Source: an uncultured Lichenihabitans sp. (GTDB lineage Bacteria; Pseudomonadota; Alphaproteobacteria; Acetobacterales; Acetobacteraceae). Taken from it: a stretch of DNA of 64,000 bases. Shown in pieces: positions 18,254 through 25,951 of the stretch (position 1 is the first letter of the stretch; each line of letters starts with the position of its first letter). The translations under genes and the position numbers were made by a program. Location: NCBI GenBank assembly GCA_964658455.1, contig CAZZZA010000001.1:3705-67704 (forward strand), in the 5' to 3' direction. The notes beneath the pieces were generated by a model. It was not told where the DNA came from. It saw only the letters and a program-made list of their open reading frames with translations, and did no database searches.

Positions 18254-18490
18254 CGCGCCCGTCGGATTAACGATACGAATTGTTAATTTCCGGTTGCATT
18301 TCCAGGATCGCGCCAGCACAGTCAAATCGACATCGCAACGATGGCCGGCAGCGCGACGCAACGGGTTTTCGCAGTAGGTGAGCATGCCGCCGGAGCCTCG
18401 GCCCGGCGCGCGACCGACCCCTGCCAGCCTGGTGTCGTCCGGCCTTCGGTTTGCGCCGGTCGCAACCCCTTGGCTGGAAGCATTCTCCCC

Positions 18491-20524
18491 ATGACACGAT
18501 CGACACCGCCTCGCCTGACCCGGCTGCTGTCGGGTGCGGCATTCCTGCTCGCCGGCGCGACGCAGCTGCCGGCGATGGCCAGCACCCTGCCGGGCCATTT
18601 CGCCGGCGCCCAGGATCTCGGCGCCGTCGCCGCCGGCAAGGCCATGACCGTCACCGTGCATTTGCCGATGGCGGACAAGGCCGGGTTCGAGAAGGCGCTG
18701 CTCGCCCGCTACACGCCGGGCAACCCGCTGTTCCGGCAGTGGATGAGCAAGGCCGAACTCGCCGCCTACGGCCCCAGGGCGGCCGACCTCGCCGCGGTGC
18801 GCAAGGCGCTGACCGGCTTCGGGCTGCAGATCGGCCGCAGCAACGCCAGCGGCACCAGCATCACCGTGACCGGTGACGTCTCGGCGCTGCATCGCGCGTT
18901 CGGCACCCAGATCCACGCCATGCTGCGCGACGGCGCCACCACCCTGGCCAACACCGCCGCCGTGCAGCCGCAGGGCGCGCTGCTGGGCCGCATCGAGGGC
19001 ATCAGCGGCCTGTCCGGCGGCACGATGCACACCATGCACGTGTCGCCGACCGACGCCTCCGGCAAGCCGTTCGCCGGCATCCCGGTGGCCGAGGCCAACG
19101 CCAGCCAGACCTCGCCGCTGGCCGGGTTCAGCAACAAATGCTTCGACAGCGGCTCGGTGACGCTGGCCAGCTCCACCACCCAGGCGACCTATACCGGCAA
19201 CACCTACGCCTTCAACGGGCTGGTCTGCGCCTACACCCCGCAGCAGATCGCCGCCCATTACGGGATCGACCAGGCCTACAAGTACGGCGTGGACGGCACC
19301 GGCCAGACCATCGTCATCGTCGATGCGTACGGCTCGCCGACCGCGATGGCCGACGCCAACACCTTCTTCGCCGCTGTCGGCATCAAGCCCTTCGACAGCA
19401 GCAACTTCTCGATCATCACCCCGGCCGGCGCCCCGGCCAAGGCCGATTACGGCTGGGCCGGCGAGACCGCGCTCGACATCGAGCTGGCGCACGCGATCGC
19501 GCCCGGCGCCAAGATCGTGCTGGCGGTGGCGCCCGACAATTACGACACCTCGCTGCAGGCGGTGGTGCAGTACGTGATCGACAACCATGTCGGCAACGTC
19601 GTCTCCAACAGCTACGGCGAGGGCGAGACGCAGTCGGACAGCGCGACCATCAACGCCTGGGACCAGCTCGGCAAGGAAGCCTCGGCGGTCGGCATCACGC
19701 TGAACTTCTCCACCGGCGACAGCGGCGACTACAGCGCCTCGCTCGGCTACAAGGACGTGTCCTCGCCCAGCGATTCGCCTTGGGTGACCGCGGTCGGCGG
19801 CACCTCGATCGACGTGCCGAGCCGGAACGGGCCGGTCGAGACCGGCTGGGGCAACTACCGCGCGGTGCTCGGCACCACCACGGCGCCGAACCCGACCCCG
19901 GTGCAGCAGGGCTTCTATGCCGGCGGCGGCGGCGGCGCCAGCGCGTTCCTGGCCAAGCCGGCCTGGCAGTCGGACCTGCCGGGCACCGGCCGCATGCAGC
20001 CCGATCTCGGCCTGATCGCCGATCCCTATACCGGCGCCATCATCGTCGAGCCGGTCAGCGCCACCAGCCCGTCGGTGTTCACCAGCATCGGCGGCACCAG
20101 CCTGGCGGCCCCGGTGTTCTCGGCGATGTGGGCGCTGGTCAACCAGGCCGCCGGCTACGACAAGAACACCAACACGTTCCGGCCCGGCGCGTCGTTCGGT
20201 CTGCCGGCGCCGCTCTATGCCGCCTACGGCAACGAGGCGCTCACCGACGCGGTCGGCGTCGCGGCGTCGCAGCAGCTGTCGGGCACCATCACCACCAGCG
20301 GCGGCACCACCACCATCGACGGCTTCAAGGCGCTCGGCATTCCCGCGACCGCCGGCGCGCTGACCACGCTGCGGCGTCGCGCCGACGGCAGCTACTCGGC
20401 GTTGAGCTTCAACACCGATACCTCGCTCACCACCACCACCGGCTACGACACCACTACCGGGCGCGGGGTACCGAACGGTCCCGGCACCGTCGCCCTGGCG
20501 CTCAGGCTGATCTTCGGCCAGTAG
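18491..20524 (+). CDS. secreted S53 (sedolisin-like) serine peptidase, paralogue of 498..2402
   Basis: Start taken at MTRSTPPRLTRLLSGAAFLLAG (signal peptide). It has a pro-domain, a GETALDIELAHAIAP segment and the catalytic GGTSLAAPVFSAMWAL motif. Confidence 0.85.
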   Translation: MTRSTPPRLTRLLSGAAFLLAGATQLPAMASTLPGHFAGAQDLGAVAAGKAMTVTVHLPMADKAGFEKALLARYTPGNPLFRQWMSKAELAAYGPRAADLAAVRKALTGFGLQIGRSNASGTSITVTGDVSALHRAFGTQIHAMLRDGATTLANTAAVQPQGALLGRIEGISGLSGGTMHTMHVSPTDASGKPFAGIPVAEANASQTSPLAGFSNKCFDSGSVTLASSTTQATYTGNTYAFNGLVCAYTPQQIAAHYGIDQAYKYGVDGTGQTIVIVDAYGSPTAMADANTFFAAVGIKPFDSSNFSIITPAGAPAKADYGWAGETALDIELAHAIAPGAKIVLAVAPDNYDTSLQAVVQYVIDNHVGNVVSNSYGEGETQSDSATINAWDQLGKEASAVGITLNFSTGDSGDYSASLGYKDVSSPSDSPWVTAVGGTSIDVPSRNGPVETGWGNYRAVLGTTTAPNPTPVQQGFYAGGGGGASAFLAKPAWQSDLPGTGRMQPDLGLIADPYTGAIIVEPVSATSPSVFTSIGGTSLAAPVFSAMWALVNQAAGYDKNTNTFRPGASFGLPAPLYAAYGNEALTDAVGVAASQQLSGTITTSGGTTTIDGFKALGIPATAGALTTLRRRADGSYSALSFNTDTSLTTTTGYDTTTGRGVPNGPGTVALALRLIFGQ

Positions 20525-20536
20525 CGGCACGATACT

Positions 20537-20569
20537 GGCGCGGATGCGGCACCTGTTCGCATCCGCGCC
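20537..20569. terminator. GC-rich hairpin between convergent genes (candidate bidirectional terminator)
   Basis: GGCGCGGATGCG-(9 nt)-CGCATCCGCGCC forms a perfect 12-bp stem. It sits between the sedolisin stop (20524) and the gltA stop (20582). There is no clear U-tract. Confidence 0.45.
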
Positions 20570-20581
20570 GTCTGGGCCGGT

Positions 20582-21883
20582 TCAGCCCCGCTGCGCCAGC
20601 GGCACCAAGTCGCGCCGCGCGGCGCCGGTATAGAGCTGGCGCGGCCGGCCGATCCGCTGGCCCGGCTCCTCGATCATCTCCTTCCACTGGCTGACCCAGC
20701 CGACGGTGCGCGCGACCGCGAACAGCACCGTGAACATGCTGGTCGGAATGCCCATCGCCTTCAGGATGATGCCGGAATAGAAATCGACGTTCGGATACAG
20801 CTTGCGCTGCACGAAATACGGGTCTTCCAGCGCCACCTGTTCCAGCGCCACCGCGAGATCGAGCAGCGGCTCGTCGGCGATGCCGAGTTCGGCCAGCACC
20901 TCGTGGCAGGTCTGCTGCATGATCTTGGCGCGCGGATCGAAGTTCTTGTAGACGCGGTGACCGAAGCCCATGAGCTTCACGCCGCTGTTCTTGTCCTTCA
21001 CCTTGGCGACGAAATCCGGGATGTTCTCCTTGGTGCCGATCTCGGCGAGCATCTTCAGCACCGCCTCGTTGGCGCCGCCATGCGCCGGCCCCCAGAGCGC
21101 GGCGATGCCGGCGGCGATGCAGGCGAACGGGTTGGCGCCGGTGGAGCCGGCGAGCCGCACCGTCGAGGTCGAGGCGTTCTGCTCGTGGTCGGCATGCAGG
21201 ATCAGGATGCGGTCCATCGCCCGGGCGAGCACCGGGCTCACCTCGTACTTCTCGGACGGCATCGCGAACATCATCGAGAGGAAGTTCTCGGCGTAGGTGA
21301 GGTCGTTGCGCGGGTAAACGAACGGGAAGCCCTGGGTGTATTTGTAGGCCCACGCCGCCAGGGTCGGCACCTTGGCGATCAGCCGCATCGCCGAGATCTC
21401 GCGCTGCTTCGGATCGTTGATGTCGAGATGGTCGTGATAGAAGGCCGAGAGCGCGCCGACGGTGCCGCACAGGATCGCCATCGGATGCGCGTCGCGGCGA
21501 AAGCCGTTGAAGAAATGCCGCAACTGCTCGTGCAGCATGGTGTGCTGGCGGATGGTGGCGTTGAAGGCGTCGTCCTCGGCCCTGGTCGGCAGTTCGCCGT
21601 TCAGCAGCAGGTAGGCGACCTCGAGGAAGGTCGCGCGCTCGGCGAGCTGGTCGATCGGGTAGCCGCGATGCAGCAGCACGCCCTCGTCGCCGTCGATGAA
21701 GGTGATCTTGCTCTCGCAGGCCGCGGTCATGCCGTAAGCCGGATCGTAGGTGAACACGCCGAGTTCGCCCTGCAGCTTGCGGATGTCGGCGACGGCCGGC
21801 CCCAGCGTGCCGGTCAGCACCGGCAGGGTCGCGGTCTTGCCGTCATAGCTGATGGTGGCGTGGGAGGTCGTGGTCGCGCTCAT
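20582..21883 (-). CDS. gltA: citrate synthase
   Basis: [22 protein letters not shown]...GYPIDQLAE...[13 protein letters not shown]. Start taken at the ATG at 21883. Confidence 0.92.
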   Translation of the reverse strand: MSATTTSHATISYDGKTATLPVLTGTLGPAVADIRKLQGELGVFTYDPAYGMTAACESKITFIDGDEGVLLHRGYPIDQLAERATFLEVAYLLLNGELPTRAEDDAFNATIRQHTMLHEQLRHFFNGFRRDAHPMAILCGTVGALSAFYHDHLDINDPKQREISAMRLIAKVPTLAAWAYKYTQGFPFVYPRNDLTYAENFLSMMFAMPSEKYEVSPVLARAMDRILILHADHEQNASTSTVRLAGSTGANPFACIAAGIAALWGPAHGGANEAVLKMLAEIGTKENIPDFVAKVKDKNSGVKLMGFGHRVYKNFDPRAKIMQQTCHEVLAELGIADEPLLDLAVALEQVALEDPYFVQRKLYPNVDFYSGIILKAMGIPTSMFTVLFAVARTVGWVSQWKEMIEEPGQRIGRPRQLYTGAARRDLVPLAQRG

Positions 21884-21971
21884 GCAATGTTCCCGTCTCT
21901 GGCGACGCACGGCCGCATTCGGCGCCCGTCATCGTGGTGGTGGTCGGTCAGGCGAAACGCGGGCCCGATGC

Positions 21972-22538
21972 TCACGGGCGGATCAGTTCGGGCGCGCCGA
22001 GCGGCCGGGAGCCCAGCGCGTCCCAGCCGGAGCCGACCGAAAACCGCACCATGGTGCAGGTGTTCAGCCCGGCCTGCAGCGAACTGGGCGCATCGAGCCC
22101 GGCCAACTGCAACGCCAGCTGGTGCATGCCGGGATTGTGCCCGATCAGCATCAGCGTGCCGACCGTGTCGGGGGTGCGCCGCAGGATCGCCAGCAGGTCG
22201 AACGGCTCGGCGAGATAGAGCTGGTCGCTGATCGTCAGCGTGGGCTGCGGGTCGTCGAAACGGCCGAGCAGCTCCCAGGTCCGTACCGTCCGCCTGGCGC
22301 TGCTGACGAGCGCCAGGTCCGGGTGCAGCGCCAGACGGCGCAGGATCCGGCCCATCGCCGACGCATCGTGCCGGCCGCGCTCGGCGAGGTCGCGCGCATG
22401 GTCGTGCTGATCGGCGTTGGGACCGGGATCGGTGATGGTCGCCTTGGCGTGGCGCAGCAGCAGCAGGCTGCGCGCCGGCGGACCACCGGCCTGCGCGGTC
22501 TCGGCCTCCGCCGCCCCGGTCTGCGCCGCAACACTCAT
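21972..22538 (-). CDS. histidine phosphatase family protein (SixA-like)
   Basis: LLLLRHAKA (RHG-type motif) and LIGHNPG. Its ATG overlaps the stop of the upstream chorismate mutase. Confidence 0.7.
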   Translation of the reverse strand: MSVAAQTGAAEAETAQAGGPPARSLLLLRHAKATITDPGPNADQHDHARDLAERGRHDASAMGRILRRLALHPDLALVSSARRTVRTWELLGRFDDPQPTLTISDQLYLAEPFDLLAILRRTPDTVGTLMLIGHNPGMHQLALQLAGLDAPSSLQAGLNTCTMVRFSVGSGWDALGSRPLGAPELIRP

Positions 22539-22864
22539 GCCGGGCTGGCCTCGGCATGGGCGGGCGCCCCGGCCAGCGCCTCGTGATGGCGGATCACCTC
22601 GCGTATGACGAAACTGAGAAACTTCTCGGCGAAATCCGGATCGAGCCTGGCGTCGTCGGCCAGCCGCCGCAGACGGGCGACCTGTCTGGCCTCGCGGGCC
22701 GGATCGGCCGGCGGCATGCCGTGCGAGGCCTTCAGCCGGCCGACCGCCTGGGTGCAGCGGAAGCGCTCGGCCAGCATGTGGATCAGGGCGGCGTCGATGT
22801 TGTCGATGCTGCCGCGCAGCGCTTCGAGCTGTGTCGCCGCGTCGGTCTCCAGCAGGGTGTTCAC
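22535..22864 (-). CDS. chorismate mutase (AroQ class)
   Basis: GTG start at 22864. LEALRGSIDNIDAALIHMLAERFRCTQAVGRLK...REA.V..R is the typical AroQ helix pattern. Confidence 0.75.
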   Translation of the reverse strand: MNTLLETDAATQLEALRGSIDNIDAALIHMLAERFRCTQAVGRLKASHGMPPADPAREARQVARLRRLADDARLDPDFAEKFLSFVIREVIRHHEALAGAPAHAEASPA

Positions 22865-22910
22865 GTGTCCGGACCTCCTGATCGATCCCTGCACGGCTTG
22901 GGGCCGCGTA

Positions 22911-23687
22911 TCAAGGGGCGAGACCCGGTGGCGGCGTTCCGGCCTCGTGGTCGGCGCCGGGCCTGCCCTGCGGGTCGATGGCGGCGCCGGCCATGTCGTC
23001 GGCGCCGAACCCCGGCAGGTCGATCCAGGCCAGATGCCCGCCCTTGCCGGCGCCGGTATCGGTGAACACCGCCAGCCCGCCGGCACGTCCGCGCTTGCGC
23101 CACGGCCTGCCGTCGGTGCTGCGCTGGTCGTGGCCGCAATAGACGGTGAAGCCGTCCGGGATGTGATCGATCCAGTTCAGGCGCCGTTCCGGGAAGCCGT
23201 CCTCCTGCATCCTGCCGGTGGTCTCGCCGAACAGGGCGCGCGACAGCAGATGCGTCACCCGCTCCAGCCCGGGCGGCGGCGCCTGGTGCATCATGCCGGT
23301 ATGGAAACCGCCATGCACGAAGCCGGTCCGGCCGCGCACCAGCCAGGCCGGCGCCCGGGCGATCTCGAACTGCGCCCGTTCGGCGAGCCCGGCATCGAGC
23401 TGCGCCAGGGTGGCCTCGAGCGGCGGGTCGGGGCGCATCTTGCGGCCGGCCAGCGCGCGGCCGAGCTTGCGGTCATGGTTGCCGAGCAGGAACAGGCCGC
23501 GCCGCTGGTCGATCAGCTCGAACATGATCCGCAGCACCCCGGCGCTGTCCGGTCCGTGATCGACCAGGTCGCCGAGCTGGATCACGAATCGGTCGGTCGC
23601 CACCGCGTGCCTAAACCCGACCGCGTCGCCATGCACGTCGCCGACGATCCTGAGCGCCCGTCCGGTCGGGATCGCGGTCTGATTCAT
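22911..23687 (-). CDS. metallophosphoesterase (PrpE/ApaH-like Ser/Thr phosphatase family)
   Basis: Last 258 codons of ORF 22911..24992: IVGDVHGD...QLGDLVDHG...LGNHD...HGG. Its ATG overlaps the photolyase stop. Confidence 0.8.
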   Translation of the reverse strand: MNQTAIPTGRALRIVGDVHGDAVGFRHAVATDRFVIQLGDLVDHGPDSAGVLRIMFELIDQRRGLFLLGNHDRKLGRALAGRKMRPDPPLEATLAQLDAGLAERAQFEIARAPAWLVRGRTGFVHGGFHTGMMHQAPPPGLERVTHLLSRALFGETTGRMQEDGFPERRLNWIDHIPDGFTVYCGHDQRSTDGRPWRKRGRAGGLAVFTDTGAGKGGHLAWIDLPGFGADDMAGAAIDPQGRPGADHEAGTPPPGLAP

Positions 23688-25156
23688 GGCCCGGCCGCCA
23701 TCGCGTCGCCGCCGCGCACATGGTCGCGGAACGCCGCCAGCGCGCGGTCGCGGCCCTCCTCGAGACCGACGATCGGACGCGGATAGTCCGAGCCCAGCGC
23801 CAGGCCGGCCTGGGACAGGACCGTCTCCGGCGCCTCCCAGGGGCTGTGCAGCCACCGGTCCGGCAGCCGGGCCAGTTCCGGCACGTATTGCCGGACGTAG
23901 CGCCCCTCCGGATCGAACTTGCGGCCCTGCGTCACCGGGTTGAACACGCGGAAATAGGGCTGCGCGTCGGTGCCGCAGCCGGCCACCCACTGCCAGCTCG
24001 CGGCGTTGGTGGCGAGATCGGCGTCGACCAGCGTGTCCCAGAACCAGGCCTCGCCCTGCTGCCAGGACAGCATCATGTGCTTGGTCAGGAACGAGGCGGT
24101 GATCATCCGCACGCGGTTGTGCATCCACCCGGTCTGCCAGAGCTGGCGCATGCCGGCATCGACGATCGGGATCCCGGTGCGGCCCTGCTGCCAGGCGCGC
24201 AGGCCGCGCGCGTCGCGGCGCCAGGGCAGCCGCGCGTAGGCCTCGCGCAACGGCGTGTCCGGCATCGCCGGGTTGTTGTGCAGCAGGTAGGCCGCGAACT
24301 CGTGCCACAGCAGCTCGCCCTGGAAGGTGTCGAAGCCGGCCCGCTTGACGCCGCGATGGCCGCGGGCCGCGTCGCGCGAGGCGTGCCAGACCTGGACCGC
24401 CGACAGCTCGCCCCAATGCAGGTGCGGCGAGAGCATCGAGGTGCCGTGCGGGTCGCCCGGCACGTTGCGCGCCACGTCGTAGAGTTCGAGCCGGTCCTCC
24501 AGGAACGCCCGCATGCGTTCGTGGCCGCCCTGCTCGCCGGGGGACCAGGCCGCCCGCATGCCGCCGGACCAGTCCGGGTCGGTAGGCAGCAGCCGCCAGT
24601 CCTCGAGCCGGTCGGAGGCCGGCGGATTCGACGGACCGGGCACCCTGGCGGGCGCCGGCAGCGGCGGTTCCGGATCGGGCAGCGCCCGGCAGGCGCGGGC
24701 GAACGGGGTGTAGACGGCATAGATCGTGTTGGTCTTGGAGCGCACCTGGTCGAGGTCGAACAGGGTCGCGACCCGATGCCGCAGCAGCGGCACCGCGCCC
24801 AGCGCCTCGGCCACCTTCTCCTCCAGCGCCCGCTGCCAGGGCTCGTGGGTGCGGCCGCAATGCACCGCGACCGCCCCGGTCTCTTGCGCCAGCGACGCCA
24901 GGATCGCCGCGCTGTCGCCACGTCGCAGCACCAGCCGGTTGCCGGCGTCCGACAGCGACCGGCCGAGCGCGGCCAGGCTGTGATGCAGCCACCAGAGCGA
25001 GGCCGCGCCCGGCTTCCAGTCGCCGGCCGCCGCTTCGTCGAGCACGAACACCGGCACCACCCGGTCGGCCTGGTCGAGGGCGGCCACCAGGGCGCGCTGG
25101 TCGGCCAGGCGCAGATCCTGGCGCAACCAGAGCAGTGCCACCGTCTTGCGGGCCAT
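23684..25156 (-). CDS. phrB: deoxyribodipyrimidine photolyase (cryptochrome/photolyase family)
   Basis: 490 aa. LLWLRQDLRLADQ...TGIPIVDAGMRQLWQTGWMHNRVRMITASFL...WQWVAG. Confidence 0.9.
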   Translation of the reverse strand: MARKTVALLWLRQDLRLADQRALVAALDQADRVVPVFVLDEAAAGDWKPGAASLWWLHHSLAALGRSLSDAGNRLVLRRGDSAAILASLAQETGAVAVHCGRTHEPWQRALEEKVAEALGAVPLLRHRVATLFDLDQVRSKTNTIYAVYTPFARACRALPDPEPPLPAPARVPGPSNPPASDRLEDWRLLPTDPDWSGGMRAAWSPGEQGGHERMRAFLEDRLELYDVARNVPGDPHGTSMLSPHLHWGELSAVQVWHASRDAARGHRGVKRAGFDTFQGELLWHEFAAYLLHNNPAMPDTPLREAYARLPWRRDARGLRAWQQGRTGIPIVDAGMRQLWQTGWMHNRVRMITASFLTKHMMLSWQQGEAWFWDTLVDADLATNAASWQWVAGCGTDAQPYFRVFNPVTQGRKFDPEGRYVRQYVPELARLPDRWLHSPWEAPETVLSQAGLALGSDYPRPIVGLEEGRDRALAAFRDHVRGGDAMAAGP

Positions 25157-25249
25157 GTCGCGTTGTCTCCGTCGTGCAAAAGAGCAGAACAGTCCGAACC
25201 GGTTTCGGGTTTCTAGCGCCGCGGGCGTCGCCGCCGCGATCGGCGCGCC

Positions 25250-25951
25250 TCAGGCCGCGCGGCCGCCGATCTCGGACAGGGCGAAACTGAACAGGCGCTG
25301 CTGCCCGAGCAGGAAAGCGCGGCCGCCGCGCGGGAACAAGCCGGCAATCGCCGGGTGCAGCACGTCGAGCCCGCCGGTATAGGCGCCGAACGCCGGCAGG
25401 ATCAGGCGCGACGGATCGCCGACGAAACAGGGCCGCGACACCGTGCCGCCCCGGGTCGCGACCCGCGCCTTCGGGTGGTGGTGGCCGCAGATCTCCGCCT
25501 GTTCCGCGCCCGGGCGCCAGGCGCGTCCGCGCGATTCGTGACGGAACGCCAGCGGACCCAGCGCCAGGCAGGCGCCATGCTCGCCTGGCAGCCCGCGCGG
25601 CGGCAGCGGGTCGTGGTTGCCCAGCACCCAGAACAGGCGCGACGCGGCGGCGATGCGCCGCAGCCGGTCGGATTCCGCTGCCCCCAGCCGGGCCGGCCCG
25701 TCCGGATCGTGGAAGCTGTCGCCGAGCGCGACCACGATCTCTGGTTTCCAGAAGCCGAGCTGCCGCTCCAGGCGATCGAGCGTCAGGCGGCTGTCCCAGG
25801 GCGGCACCAGACCGCCGCGTCGCGCGCTGGCGCTGCCCTTCTCCAGATGCAGGTCCGCCACCGCCAGCAGCCTGGCCGCCGGCCAGAACAGGATGCCGGA
25901 CGGGTCAAGCATCACCCGCTCGCCGGCCAGATGGAACGGCGCCGGGTTCAT
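25250..25951 (-). CDS. pdeM: ligase-associated DNA damage response endonuclease PdeM (metallophosphoesterase)
   Basis: Last 233 codons of ORF 25250..28621: LLAVADLHLEKG...VALGDSFHD...VLGNHDP...GHHHP. Its ATG overlaps the helicase stop. Confidence 0.8.
   Translation of the reverse strand: MNPAPFHLAGERVMLDPSGILFWPAARLLAVADLHLEKGSASARRGGLVPPWDSRLTLDRLERQLGFWKPEIVVALGDSFHDPDGPARLGAAESDRLRRIAAASRLFWVLGNHDPLPPRGLPGEHGACLALGPLAFRHESRGRAWRPGAEQAEICGHHHPKARVATRGGTVSRPCFVGDPSRLILPAFGAYTGGLDVLHPAIAGLFPRGGRAFLLGQQRLFSFALSEIGGRAA

Noticed and set aside
17852-20530. N-terminal roughly 890 codons of the 1157-aa minus-strand ORF 17057..20530
   Set aside because: Only the C-terminal 259-265 codons encode PyrE. 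The remainder is antisense to the second sedolisin gene and crosses an intergenic region.
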